DNA of 64,000 nt. Source: an uncultured Desulfosarcina sp. (GTDB lineage Bacteria; Desulfobacterota; Desulfobacteria; Desulfobacterales; Desulfosarcinaceae). Location: positions 928,001 to 992,000 of the forward strand of contig CAXXWQ010000003.1 in the NCBI GenBank assembly GCA_963674945.2, written 5' to 3'. The notes under the pieces are model-generated. The model was not told where the DNA came from, did no database searches, and was given only the letters and a program-made list of their open reading frames with translations. Positions 18,301 through 27,729 of the stretch are shown piece after piece. The translations under genes and the position numbers were made by a program. The first letter of the stretch is position 1; each line of letters begins with the position of its first letter.

Positions 18301-18759
18301 AAGGTTCTCATCCTCGGCCAATTCCCAAACCAGACGGAAGAACTTAAAAACACCCCGTTTTATGGAAAAACCTATAACAAGATGTGGGATATCCTGAAGG
18401 AAGAAGCCGGAATAACTCCGGGAAAAACCTTCATGGCTTATTCATTCGGCTGTCACCCAACATCCAGCCGGCTTTCCAGCGAGATCACCGATAGCTGCAT
18501 TTGCCCGAATTTATGGTTGCCGAAACTCTTTACCGCCTGCACGCCCAATGTTGTTTTGGCTCTTGGCAATGCCGGCGTAGGCGCTTTCACCGGAAAAACA
18601 TCAGGCATTATGAAACTTAACGCAACATCGATGTGGCACGCCAAATACCGGGCCATGGTTGTTTTCTGCATCACCCCGGGAATGATGGCGTATGACGAAT
18701 CAGGCGAAAAAGAGGAAATGTTCAGAGACGCAATTCGGAAATTGAAGGAATATCTGTAA
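15382..18759 (+). CDS. dnaE: DNA polymerase III alpha (DnaE-type) with C-terminal family-4 UDG-like domain
   Basis: PHP HLHCHCSHSLLDG and TDHG; GRGSVGGSL; MPDIDFDF; C-terminus CKSCPL...ILGQFP...PFYG...ALGN. Confidence 0.93.
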   Translation: MFTHLHCHCSHSLLDGLGNPKAWVEAAVKKKFYALALTDHGSCSAALEFYEEAKAAGIIPIIGCEFYITDDPAYRPPKGERMIRYHLLVLAKNWNGLQSIFRQLTLANEQMYYKPLLSIDQIFDFKDCVITSACLMGLTAHPNYANIVAKMQTVYGDDFYLEIHPHWIEGQFEANKRVVALHEMLGIKPVAANDAHYPNEEDTLTHDVLLAVQTNAKINQEDRFSFIDGGMAGLYLKTDQEMIYSFKPWIESGYFNVEFLHKSFVSTQEIVDKCSGLEIPKLDFALPPLKRHKVMDEVAFLMGLCKEGWKTKIADRGLDETVYLKRLKHELSVVSKIGAIRYFLLGWDVIDYAKSKSILCGFGRGSVGGSLIAYLLGITALDPIVHELYFERFLREDRIDMPDIDFDFSGVDRDKVINYVKKTYGSGNVCQISTSSYMHGKSAFRDVARVFSIPIAQVNEISKKIDKDLTLEENFASGELAGFAATHPILIKHATRLDGQLRSKGVHAGGIILSQDGFDDRGVLENRKSALTINWHMGEVEHFGLLKFDFLGLSNLSVLGDTAALVKKRTGVTIDYFSIVPDDPDVLKQFSDGHTAGFFQFESSGFTGLCQKLAPIESFKTLVHINALFRPGPLDSGMVDSYVDRYHKLEAVSYLHEAETKITADTLGLPIFQEDIMRQFVDLAGFTWPEADNMRKIISKSKGAGPLEEKRNTFVEGCVKTVGMAESIANVIYDNIVKFGRYGFGKAHAACYSYIGYLTAWAKHYYPVEFMASLLASVVDEAETTEKYIKEAHRLGIKIEGPNINLSDENWMAVGDRIVAGFASVKGVGKIAAKKIVTGRAIGSFTSFEDFMEKTERRQVNKRVVESIAYAGGFDPIMPNTRWIVESYPIIVAGKESPPAPELVTDFEDTEKYSQKAQYAPGVFSSSTIEITADMEIHDDIIGLVSEEYSKCKSCPLGTSDNAPVSWKWSSRSKVLILGQFPNQTEELKNTPFYGKTYNKMWDILKEEAGITPGKTFMAYSFGCHPTSSRLSSEITDSCICPNLWLPKLFTACTPNVVLALGNAGVGAFTGKTSGIMKLNATSMWHAKYRAMVVFCITPGMMAYDESGEKEEMFRDAIRKLKEYL

Positions 18760-18787
18760 TTCAACCACAAAAAGGAGAAGCAAATTT

Positions 18788-19498
18788 ATGGCGACTTTAC
18801 GCGAACTCAGAAAACAAGCCAAAGACCTTGAAATTTCGTATGAAAAAGACACAACCGCCGAAGTTCTTCAGGAACTCATCGCCGAGAAAATGTGTCTTCT
18901 GGAACTGGAAAAGGAGATAGCAATTCCACCGGCAGAGGTTTTCACACCTGAAGAACCGGCTTTGGTTATTCCGCCGAGCCGCAGCCCGATCACCGAGCCG
19001 GAACCATCCACACCGGCCCCGGTAGAGACAGCGAGTAGGGGTGAATCCACTTTCGCCAGTGATATCGAAATCAACGAGGACGACCTGAACAACGAATTCA
19101 AAACCCAGGCGTCAAAATTCGACTTCTATGCCAGAGCCGAAGCCATGGCGAAAGCCAAGGCGATGTCAGCCAAAGCTCGCTTGGAGGTGGTCGATGCTGA
19201 AATGACAAAAAAGATCCGAGAAAGACTCGCTTTGGAAGGAACCAAACCCACCGAAAAAATGATCCAGTCAGAGGTCATTTTATCGGATGAATATCAAGCC
19301 GCCCAAAGGGCATTGATCGATGCCAATCAGGTGGCCGATATCGCTAGGGGCGCCAAAGACGCCTTCGTTCAACGCCGCGACATGCTGATTCAAATCGGCG
19401 TATCCAAACGCCAGATCGCCGATCAAATCGGAATGAACATCAAGGAACGAGTAAAAGAAGTTCTGGGGACGAAAAGCGCTAGGGAAATTGCCGCATAG
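18788..19498 (+). CDS. UvsY-like recombination mediator (coiled-coil)
   Basis: Helical C-terminal half (KPTEKMIQSEV...AFVQRRDML); lies next to SSB and RecA. Confidence 0.55.
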   Translation: MATLRELRKQAKDLEISYEKDTTAEVLQELIAEKMCLLELEKEIAIPPAEVFTPEEPALVIPPSRSPITEPEPSTPAPVETASRGESTFASDIEINEDDLNNEFKTQASKFDFYARAEAMAKAKAMSAKARLEVVDAEMTKKIRERLALEGTKPTEKMIQSEVILSDEYQAAQRALIDANQVADIARGAKDAFVQRRDMLIQIGVSKRQIADQIGMNIKERVKEVLGTKSAREIAA

Positions 19499-19572
19499 CA
19501 TATCCAGGCCCTTTTTTTACCTTAAATTCATTGTAACTAATTACAATTATTCAAACCATGAGGAGAAACAAA

Positions 19573-20631
19573 ATGGCTCTAAACCTCGAAAAAATCCGTC
19601 AGAACGCCGCCAAAGCGAAAGAAGAATCAGCACGCCGTAGTGCCAATTTCTTCCAATTCAAAGAAGGTCGAAACAACATCCGCATCCTGCCGCCATGGGA
19701 AGGCGCGGATGATTTTTCCCGGATTTTCGGCAAGCATTGGAACCTGGGACCGGAAGGCAAGACCATGCTGTATTGCCCGAAGGTCTGTTTCGACAAGCCC
19801 TGCCCCATCTGCGATGGCATTGACGCTATGTGGAAAAAGAAACCGGATGACGCCATGAAAGAATGGCTCAAAAATGTTTCATCCGGCCCTCGATTTTATG
19901 CAAACATCATCGACCTGAAAGACATCGATCAAGGCGTCCAGGTGGCTGAATTCCCCAAGACGGTTTTGGAGGAAATCTGGAACATCATGATCGACCCCGA
20001 AGTTGGACACGGAGATATTACCTCTTTGACGGCTGGAAGAGATCTCATCATCGACAAGACCGGAAAAGGGTTGTCGACCCGATATTCTGTTCGGGCAAGG
20101 CTTGAAGCCACTCCGGTTCCTATTCCGATTTCAGCATCGGATCTGCCGAACCTGGATATGCTGGTTCGCAACGAGACATATGAGAATCTGAAACTGGCAT
20201 GGGAAGGCAAGGAACCCATCCCATCAGGGCCGGCGCTTCCCCCTCCGGTATCCGCCGAAGACGTTGATATGGTGAAAGTGGGAACCGCCTATGTTCCGCC
20301 TGCCGCAGTTTTGGCCGAAGCAACCCCGGCAGCCGCTCCGGTGATTCCGGCACCCGTTGCTACGACAGCTCCGATATCAGCCCCGGTCAGTCCAATTCCG
20401 AAAACCGAAGCAGTTCCGGCTTGCTTTGGTAATTTCAACGAAAGCAACCCCATTTGTCTGGATTGCAAAGAACAAGACGACTGCGAAATGAAAATGATTG
20501 AAATCAAAAGAGCTGCAAGAAAAGCAACCGCCACTACCGCTCCGGTCGCAACATCCACCACACCGCCGGCTGCCGCAACCATCTCCCCCGATGCTCTTAT
20601 GGCGGAGATGGAGAAAGCCATTAACCGTTAA
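19573..20631 (+). CDS. gp32-like single-stranded DNA-binding protein
   Basis: IRILPP, YCPK...PCPIC, RFYANII, GRDLII, TRYSV; GAGGAG RBS before MALNLEK. Confidence 0.8.
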   Translation: MALNLEKIRQNAAKAKEESARRSANFFQFKEGRNNIRILPPWEGADDFSRIFGKHWNLGPEGKTMLYCPKVCFDKPCPICDGIDAMWKKKPDDAMKEWLKNVSSGPRFYANIIDLKDIDQGVQVAEFPKTVLEEIWNIMIDPEVGHGDITSLTAGRDLIIDKTGKGLSTRYSVRARLEATPVPIPISASDLPNLDMLVRNETYENLKLAWEGKEPIPSGPALPPPVSAEDVDMVKVGTAYVPPAAVLAEATPAAAPVIPAPVATTAPISAPVSPIPKTEAVPACFGNFNESNPICLDCKEQDDCEMKMIEIKRAARKATATTAPVATSTTPPAAATISPDALMAEMEKAINR

Positions 20632-20690
20632 CCTCCAGGTCTTCGTGGGGTGATTTTCCTTTCTTTCACCCCACGAAGAAAGGAGTTCGC

Positions 20691-21599
20691 ATGATTTTAC
20701 TCATAGATGGAAACAACCTGGCGTTTGTAGCAACATCGCTCACACCATTGTCTCGAAGCGATGGTTTTCCGACACAAGGCATAATGAATTTTTTCAAATC
20801 GCTTCGGTCATACATCACGAATTTTGAAGCAAAAAAAGTGTTCATTGCCTGGGACGGCGGCAAATCTAAAAAACGCATGGCCTTGCTCCCCACCTACAAG
20901 GAAAGCCGAAAGATCGAGAATAAAACACCCGAGCAAAAGATGAATTTGGAAGAGATGCTCGTTCAGCTTCCCATCATCAAACAAACCGCCGCCGACCTTG
21001 GGCTTTACCAAATAGAAGGTGGCGGAATCGAAGGCGATGATTTGATTGCCTTGATGGCCATGAAATCTCACCAGATGGACAAAGAAGCGATTATCTGTTC
21101 ATCCGACTCGGATTTTCATCAGCTCGTCAACCCGAAAATCAGCGTCTTCAGCATCATGAACAAAAAAGCAGGGCGTCATATCACCTATGACAATTTTGCA
21201 AAAGTCTACGATGGCCTGCTCCCGCTGCAATTCCTCGATTACAAGGCATTGCAAGGAGATAGCGGCGACGACATTCCAGGCGTCAAAGGCATCGGGCCGA
21301 AAAACGCTCATGATTTATTGATCAAATTCAACACTGCCGAAAATTTTCGAAAAATGGTCGAAACGGGAGAGCATAACCCCACAAAGACACAACAGAAAAT
21401 CATCGACAACTGGAAATCATTTGAGATCAGCAAGGCCATGATCAGTTTACAACATCCGCTTGCTGACTTCTCAACGGCCAAAATCGAACGACAGGAACCG
21501 AATTGGGCGGCCGTCCGCGAAATGGCCATTGAATATCAAATTGGTTCCATCGTCGCGGGTTTTGGAACTTGGATTAAACCCTTCAAGGAACTTTCGTAG
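20691..21599 (+). CDS. 5'-3' exonuclease / flap endonuclease (T4 RNase H-like)
   Basis: LLIDGNN, EGDD, SSDSDF, GDSGDDIPGVKGIGPK. Confidence 0.9.
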   Translation: MILLIDGNNLAFVATSLTPLSRSDGFPTQGIMNFFKSLRSYITNFEAKKVFIAWDGGKSKKRMALLPTYKESRKIENKTPEQKMNLEEMLVQLPIIKQTAADLGLYQIEGGGIEGDDLIALMAMKSHQMDKEAIICSSDSDFHQLVNPKISVFSIMNKKAGRHITYDNFAKVYDGLLPLQFLDYKALQGDSGDDIPGVKGIGPKNAHDLLIKFNTAENFRKMVETGEHNPTKTQQKIIDNWKSFEISKAMISLQHPLADFSTAKIERQEPNWAAVREMAIEYQIGSIVAGFGTWIKPFKELS

Positions 21600-21606
21600 G
21601 AGAACT

Positions 21607-22731
21607 ATGGGACGAACACCTGTAAAAGATAAAACTCCGACACTGGATCTGGATGCCTTAGTCGCAGACGTCAAAGGCGTTTTGAAAAACGATTTAACCA
21701 TCCTAAAGGATGTTGAACGCTGGATACCAACCGGTATTCCTCAACTTGATCTTGCACTTGGCGGAGGCCTTCCCGTTGGAAGGCTTGTCACCATGATTGG
21801 CGCCAAAAGCGTTGGTAAATCCACTTTGAGCGTGCACTGCATGGCTCAAATCCAAAAGCACGACGGTATTGCTCTGGGCCTGGACGTTGAAAGGTCTAAT
21901 CTGAAAACCAGATGCGAAAAACAAGGACTCGACATGAGTCGTTTCCTGGGTTGTCAGCCTGAATCCCTTGATACCTATGAGGATGTCGATATCGACACCG
22001 GCAAGAAAGTGAAAGTGAAAGGCGCCTTTGATATCATGGAAAGCGTAATCAAGGTTTTACGTGCGAAAGATCGAAACGCATTGATCGGGATTGTTCTCGA
22101 TTCCGTCGCTGGCTCATCTGTTGCTCAGGAAATTGAATCCGATGTTGGAAAGGCCGGTATGGGTGCTCATGCACGGATCCTTTCTCAAGCGTTTCGAAAA
22201 CTCATGCCCGTGATCCATGATATGAACTGCGTATTGCTTCTGGTGAATCAACTCAAGCAAAAAATCGGCGTCATGTTTGGTAACCCGAATACCTACATCG
22301 GCCAAAACCCGATAGATTTTCACAGCGCCATCACCCTGGAGATGACCAAGGGCAAATCACACCCCGAAGGCACAACAGAAGCCGATGCTGAAGGCATCAT
22401 CACGAAAATCTATGTTTCAAAAAACAAAGTCGCCAGACCCTTTGGCAAGGTGGAATATATAACCTTTTTCGACCGAGGCATTGATGTACTTTGGGAATCC
22501 ATCGGATTCATCAAATCCAACAGTGATCGCCTTGGGACCGCCGCTGGTTATTATCTTTGGGATGGAAAAAACCGCCGTCTGAAAGAACTTTATGAGATGG
22601 CAATCGCCGATCCCAAAATGGCAACCAAGCTGAAAGGGATGGCAAGGGAGATAGTCAATGAAAAACTCAATGATCCTAAATCTAAGATGGATGGCACTGG
22701 TACTGAAGTATCTTCGACGGCTGCTTCCTGA
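21607..22731 (+). CDS. recA: RecA/UvsX-like recombinase
   Basis: PTGIPQLDLALGGGLPVGR; Walker A GAKSVGKS; VLDSVA; LVNQLK; KNKVARPF. Confidence 0.9.
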   Translation: MGRTPVKDKTPTLDLDALVADVKGVLKNDLTILKDVERWIPTGIPQLDLALGGGLPVGRLVTMIGAKSVGKSTLSVHCMAQIQKHDGIALGLDVERSNLKTRCEKQGLDMSRFLGCQPESLDTYEDVDIDTGKKVKVKGAFDIMESVIKVLRAKDRNALIGIVLDSVAGSSVAQEIESDVGKAGMGAHARILSQAFRKLMPVIHDMNCVLLLVNQLKQKIGVMFGNPNTYIGQNPIDFHSAITLEMTKGKSHPEGTTEADAEGIITKIYVSKNKVARPFGKVEYITFFDRGIDVLWESIGFIKSNSDRLGTAAGYYLWDGKNRRLKELYEMAIADPKMATKLKGMAREIVNEKLNDPKSKMDGTGTEVSSTAAS

Positions 22732-22855
22732 CGATTCCCGTTTGATTAAGGAAAACGAAAAGCTCGAACAAGACATCGCCCAGGAAGTAGAAGCCCATTA
22801 CAACCAATAACCCTTGACGCCCGGCTACAGCCGGGCGCACCAATGGAGAACATAA

Positions 22856-23956
22856 ATGAAATTCATCGCATACAGCGACCCGCATTGCCACCCGCATCAA
22901 AGCTATTCGAAAATCCTCCCCGACGGGATGAACAGCCGCCTGATGGATACCGTCGGAGCGGTAAGGAAAATCTATGACGCCGGAAACAAACTCAACATTC
23001 CCGTTGTCTCCGGTGGCGATTCATTTCAAATCAAAAACTCTGTAGATGTCATCACTAACAACGAATTCGAAAAAATCATCCGCAACCGAGCGAAATACGC
23101 GAACCCACATGCCACTGATATTATCAACATCGGAAACCATGATACGGCCACGCATGATGGTTCACGCCACGCGCTCGAACCGTTATCACACCTGAACGGC
23201 ATTTTCATTCCAATGAAACCGATAACCCATTTCGCAATATGGGGTAGCGAAAACGTGATGTTCTCGATCATCCCATACACCATGGAATATGGCCGGTTCA
23301 GCCCTGATAAGTTCAAAGCATGCCTCGATTCGGCCATCAAAGAAACTGCCCGAGTTAAACCCCGAACCTCTATATTGTTAGGCCACGCATACACCCACGA
23401 ATTGATGAAAAAATACCTCGACCGGGATGGCGACATTTATGGCCGGGAGCTGCTTAAACATTTTGATCTGACCTTGCTCGGTCATCATCATGTCCATGAC
23501 ACTATCCGGGGCGGTACGGATGGAGATGGCCGAATCAGGAAAGTCGTTTCAATCGGTTCCCCCATCCAGCTTAAAGCCGACGAACGAGGCGAAAAGAAAG
23601 GTTATCTCATCATCGATACGGATACCCTCGGCATCGAATTCGTTCCGCTTGAATCTCCCGAATTCCATCACTTCGACGGCGAGAAAGCCATCATCCCCGA
23701 AAAGATCTCCGGTGATTTCGTCACCGTCAAAGTCGGTTCCAAGGCGGAGCACACCCGCGTCAAAACCTTGCTGGAACGATATGGCGTCGCCGAATACCGG
23801 ATCGAAGTGATCCCAACCAAAAAGGAAACACGAATTGATCTGTCTCCGGGCGCCAAGGACGATGAGATCGTTACCAAATACCTCACATCGGAATGGGGCA
23901 AGACGGATCTCAACATCGATCGGTTGAAAACGCTCGGCTTGGAGTATCTCAAATAA
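22856..23956 (+). CDS. sbcD: SbcD/Mre11/gp47-like nuclease
   Basis: SDPH, GGD, GNHD and GHHH metallophosphoesterase motifs. Confidence 0.85.
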   Translation: MKFIAYSDPHCHPHQSYSKILPDGMNSRLMDTVGAVRKIYDAGNKLNIPVVSGGDSFQIKNSVDVITNNEFEKIIRNRAKYANPHATDIINIGNHDTATHDGSRHALEPLSHLNGIFIPMKPITHFAIWGSENVMFSIIPYTMEYGRFSPDKFKACLDSAIKETARVKPRTSILLGHAYTHELMKKYLDRDGDIYGRELLKHFDLTLLGHHHVHDTIRGGTDGDGRIRKVVSIGSPIQLKADERGEKKGYLIIDTDTLGIEFVPLESPEFHHFDGEKAIIPEKISGDFVTVKVGSKAEHTRVKTLLERYGVAEYRIEVIPTKKETRIDLSPGAKDDEIVTKYLTSEWGKTDLNIDRLKTLGLEYLK

Positions 23957-23967
23957 CGGAGGAGACA

Positions 23968-24573
23968 ATGGAAATACCCAAACGACCAGTAATTCTCATC
24001 GACATGCCCGAATTGCCGGAGAAAAAACACCCCTCTCTGAAAGATCTGGAACCAGATCCAGATGACATATTCGCCGACGATGACGATTATGGAAAACCCG
24101 AGTTGCCATTTCGCCCCACCCCTCCTGCGGAATATAAAACATTTGAAGAATTGGGTTTTACTGAAGAACCGTATGTCATCGAATTCCGCGAAAAATACGG
24201 CAAATATCCAATTTTAGAACCGAATGGACCTCATCGGCTGCCGACCCGGTATACGGATGAAGGTGGCGAGAAAAAATATCACATGAAAACCACCTATCGG
24301 CCCGGCCAGAAATTTCAAATCATTGGAACCGAACCAGGGAAACGGAAAAAAGGCTCACTCAATATCGTTTTCATGCACCCCGAAGACGGAGACCAGCAGA
24401 TCGTTTTGACGCCGAAAGACATGATTACGAAGATGCGAATCAACACGACCGCAACCGAAATATCGGAAAAACCCGCCGAAGTCTTCGATATGAAACCGGA
24501 AGAAATCGGTGTCAGCTCGGATGTCAAAGAAATTCTGCAAAAACGAAAGAAGGAGGCATTTGTATCCATATGA
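23968..24573 (+). CDS. Hypothetical phage protein
   Basis: GGAGG RBS before ATG 23968; ATGA overlap with the next gene. Confidence 0.65.
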   Translation: MEIPKRPVILIDMPELPEKKHPSLKDLEPDPDDIFADDDDYGKPELPFRPTPPAEYKTFEELGFTEEPYVIEFREKYGKYPILEPNGPHRLPTRYTDEGGEKKYHMKTTYRPGQKFQIIGTEPGKRKKGSLNIVFMHPEDGDQQIVLTPKDMITKMRINTTATEISEKPAEVFDMKPEEIGVSSDVKEILQKRKKEAFVSI

Positions 24574-26501
24574 AACTGAAATCCCTCTACATAGATTATT
24601 TCATGTCCTTTGGCCCCGGAAACGAAATACCCCTCGCTGATCGCGGTCTTGTCTTGATAAACGGCATCAACGAGATATCCGATTCCGCATCCAGCAACGG
24701 CGCTGGAAAAACCAATCTGCAGGAAGCCCTTTTATGGGCATTTTTCGGAGAAACCACGAAAGGCGTCCCCGTCAACAATGTCGTAAACAACATCCACGGA
24801 AAAGATTGTCTCGTAAGGGTCATTCTTGAAGACGGCGAGATCATTTACTACATCGAACGATATAGAAAACATTCGGAACACGGCGACGATTTGTTGTTTT
24901 ATCGGATCACCCCTGATGGCAAAGAAAGCCTGGCCGGCGTAGATAAGGCGGAAACGCAGAAACGCATTGAGCAATTCCTCGGCTGCGGATTCACCTTGTT
25001 CTGTAACAGTTCCTATTTTAGCCAAGTCAACGTCAAACCCTTTTCCACCTACACGGACAAACAGATCAAAGAAGTCTTCATCGATGCCCTGGATATGAAC
25101 CGGTTCACCGGGAAGGCATTGGAAAAAATACGGTTGGACCTGAAAACGCTCCGGGAGGAGCTTGCTACGATCCAGGGCCGCCGGTTGCGACTGAACGAAG
25201 AAATCGAAGAGGCAGAGAAACGGAAAACCGAATATCAACTCAAGCACACTGGATTCGCCGATGAGCAAAAGAAGGAACTCACCAAACTGGACGAGCAGAT
25301 CAACACCACATTGCGGCAGATAGGTTCCCTCAAAAGTCGCACCACCGAGATCGATACCATTAACACCGCAATTGCCGAACATGAAAAAACCGTCGCCAAA
25401 CTGCCGGAGAACCTCGACATTCAACGAAAGCTAAAAGCAACGGTGGATCGCTTCCGCGATTCATTCAATCTCATTCAACACAAGGCGGCGGACGCCAAAC
25501 GGCAAGCCGACACGAAGAACAAAGAAATGGTACAAGCCAGCAGCCGCATCGGCACCAATTGTACCGAATGTGGAAAACCCATCATCGAAGAAGACCTGGC
25601 CGGCGTCATCACCGGAATCAGATCGCAGATCGACGCCGTATCCGCCGACCTGGCCAAATACACCGATTTGACGGTCAAAGCCAAACCGGTTTTGGAGAAA
25701 TATCAAACCGAAGAGACCGCTATCAATTCCGAAATTGCCGCCTGTCAGAAGGCAGAGAAAATGATCGCAGAACTGAAAATCTCCCTCTCTCGCATCGAAG
25801 CATCCAAAAGGGAAATTTTTGTACTGGAGACCAACCTCAAGGCTCTTGAAGCAGCCAAATTGAAAAAAGCCGAAGAGAAATCACCATGGGAAGACTACAT
25901 CGAAAAGGAACAAACCACCATCGACGAGGCGCAAGTCAAAGTTAAAACTCTCGATGAGGTCGTTGCCGGGAAACAGGAAGAAATCAAATATGTGGAATAC
26001 TGGGAAGTTGGTTTTGGTTATTCCGGTATCCCTTCATTCCTGCTTGATACGGTGACCCCATTCCTCAATGAGCAAGCAAACCATCATTCGACCACGGTTA
26101 CCGGCGGTGAGATCGAAATTGATTTTTCCACGGTCACAAAAACCAAAAAAGGAGAATTAAAAGACAAGTTTCAAATCAACATTTCCCATAAATCCGGCGC
26201 AAAAGGTTACAAGGGAACAAGCGGAGGTGAAAGAAAACGCGCCGATGTCTGCATTGCCCAATCAATTCAAGATCTGGTCCGTTCATTCGGACGAAACACC
26301 CTTTCATATTGTTCCTATGATGAACCGTTTGAAAATCTGGATGGCGAAGGTGTCGGCAACGTCGTCAACATGCTCCAGGAGATTGCAAAAACGATCGGAA
26401 CCGTTCTGGTCGTCACCCACAACGATGAACTGAAAGCCCTGTTTGATAACACCATCACCGTCATTAAGGGAAAGGATGGCTATTCTCGAATCGTGGCTTA
26501 G
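24570..26501 (+). CDS. sbcC: SbcC/Rad50/gp46-like ATPase
   Basis: SNGAGKT; coiled coil with CTEC zinc hook; SGGE signature; YDE; VVTH. Confidence 0.9.
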   Translation: MKLKSLYIDYFMSFGPGNEIPLADRGLVLINGINEISDSASSNGAGKTNLQEALLWAFFGETTKGVPVNNVVNNIHGKDCLVRVILEDGEIIYYIERYRKHSEHGDDLLFYRITPDGKESLAGVDKAETQKRIEQFLGCGFTLFCNSSYFSQVNVKPFSTYTDKQIKEVFIDALDMNRFTGKALEKIRLDLKTLREELATIQGRRLRLNEEIEEAEKRKTEYQLKHTGFADEQKKELTKLDEQINTTLRQIGSLKSRTTEIDTINTAIAEHEKTVAKLPENLDIQRKLKATVDRFRDSFNLIQHKAADAKRQADTKNKEMVQASSRIGTNCTECGKPIIEEDLAGVITGIRSQIDAVSADLAKYTDLTVKAKPVLEKYQTEETAINSEIAACQKAEKMIAELKISLSRIEASKREIFVLETNLKALEAAKLKKAEEKSPWEDYIEKEQTTIDEAQVKVKTLDEVVAGKQEEIKYVEYWEVGFGYSGIPSFLLDTVTPFLNEQANHHSTTVTGGEIEIDFSTVTKTKKGELKDKFQINISHKSGAKGYKGTSGGERKRADVCIAQSIQDLVRSFGRNTLSYCSYDEPFENLDGEGVGNVVNMLQEIAKTIGTVLVVTHNDELKALFDNTITVIKGKDGYSRIVA

Positions 26502-26513
26502 AAAGGATTTGTC

Positions 26514-27002
26514 ATGGATTTAAAAGAGGTGAAAAAATTCTTTGTCGGCTTTTGCACGACCTGCAACAAAGAAGTCGACATCATCTCCAAAGATGAACTG
26601 AAACGGAGAAAAGCCAAACGGATCACCAGTAAATCCGCCAAACAGAAAGCCCGCCGGGCGCAACAGAAGGTCGCTGATATCCTGATTGAATCCCTCCATC
26701 TTCAACCCGAGGATGTCGAATCGATCACCATGGGACAATCCGGTCAGGATATTCGATTGACGGAAGCAGCCCGAAAGCGATGGCCGTTTCACGCCATGGA
26801 GGTGACATCATCCCTCAACCAAAGCGTCTGGGCCAAGTTCACCCAAGCGGAAGAACACGCCAAGAAACAGAAAACAGGAAAGGTGCCCGGCAATGGCCGG
26901 GCCATCCTCGTTTTCAAGAAAAACAACACCCCGCTGTTTGCGATGCTGACCTTTGAAGATCTTGTCGAGGCAATCCGGGAGAGAACGCGATTCCCTGTTT
27001 GA
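26514..27002 (+). CDS. PD-(D/E)xK nuclease, Holliday-junction-resolvase-like
   Basis: KARRAQQKVAD...MGQSGQDI...MEV...LVFKKN pattern. Confidence 0.65.
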   Translation: MDLKEVKKFFVGFCTTCNKEVDIISKDELKRRKAKRITSKSAKQKARRAQQKVADILIESLHLQPEDVESITMGQSGQDIRLTEAARKRWPFHAMEVTSSLNQSVWAKFTQAEEHAKKQKTGKVPGNGRAILVFKKNNTPLFAMLTFEDLVEAIRERTRFPV

Positions 27003-27089
27003 GAAAATAGAAGCCAAAAAGCGGCGATTAATTTTGATATACTTTTATACCCTGCCCATTGGATTTATACATCAGGAGAAGGAGCCAGC

Positions 27090-27626
27090 ATGATAAAACC
27101 AAAAATTCTCGGACTCGTAGACTCCGAAAACCTTTATTACAGCCCAAAAAAGCAATGGGGCACACCCGCCAAGGTTGATTACTACAAACTGTATAAACTC
27201 ATCACCCATGGCGGCCATCGTGATTCGGTTGTCATCGCATATCTCGTTACCGATCCCGTAATAAACCAGAACCGGTTCGTCGAACGATTGAAGCAAATCG
27301 GATATACCACGAAGATGAAAGTCATCTATTCGAAGCAAGGAAATTTTCAAAATTCCAACTGGGACCCTGAAATCATCCAAGATGGTCTCGAAATGATCGA
27401 CCAGGTTGACAAGCTCGTGATGGTATCAGGCGACGGCGGCTTCTCCGAGATGATCAAACACTACACCGCCAAAGACAAAGAGACTTCGGTTATCTGCTTC
27501 AAAGACAATTGTTCCTTTGCCCTGCAATGTGCCGACACTATTCAATATTTGGATCAACGAATATTGATGTCTCGCCCGAATTACCATCCCAACCTGTTGT
27601 CGGAGTGTCGTTTTCCGATGCGCTAA
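27090..27626 (+). CDS. NYN/LabA (PIN-like) domain protein
   Basis: VDSENL ... WD ... VSGDGGF ... LQCAD. Confidence 0.8.
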   Translation: MIKPKILGLVDSENLYYSPKKQWGTPAKVDYYKLYKLITHGGHRDSVVIAYLVTDPVINQNRFVERLKQIGYTTKMKVIYSKQGNFQNSNWDPEIIQDGLEMIDQVDKLVMVSGDGGFSEMIKHYTAKDKETSVICFKDNCSFALQCADTIQYLDQRILMSRPNYHPNLLSECRFPMR

Positions 27627-27729
27627 ACTAATTACTTTCCAACATTGTAATTAATTACTTGTATTTTGAAAGCTCTTTTAGTAACAACATACCCCACTGC
27701 CATCATCTTCGATAACAATATGTTGTGGG

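Noticed and set aside
22658..22810. Possible ~50-aa ORF overlapping the recA 3' end, followed by a GC hairpin
   Set aside because: Short, largely overlapping and without motifs; not supportable without homologs.
27090..27626. NYN/PIN protein as the toxin of a TA pair or a CRISPR-linked nuclease
   Set aside because: No adjacent antitoxin, and it lies 26 kb from the mini-array with no visible link.
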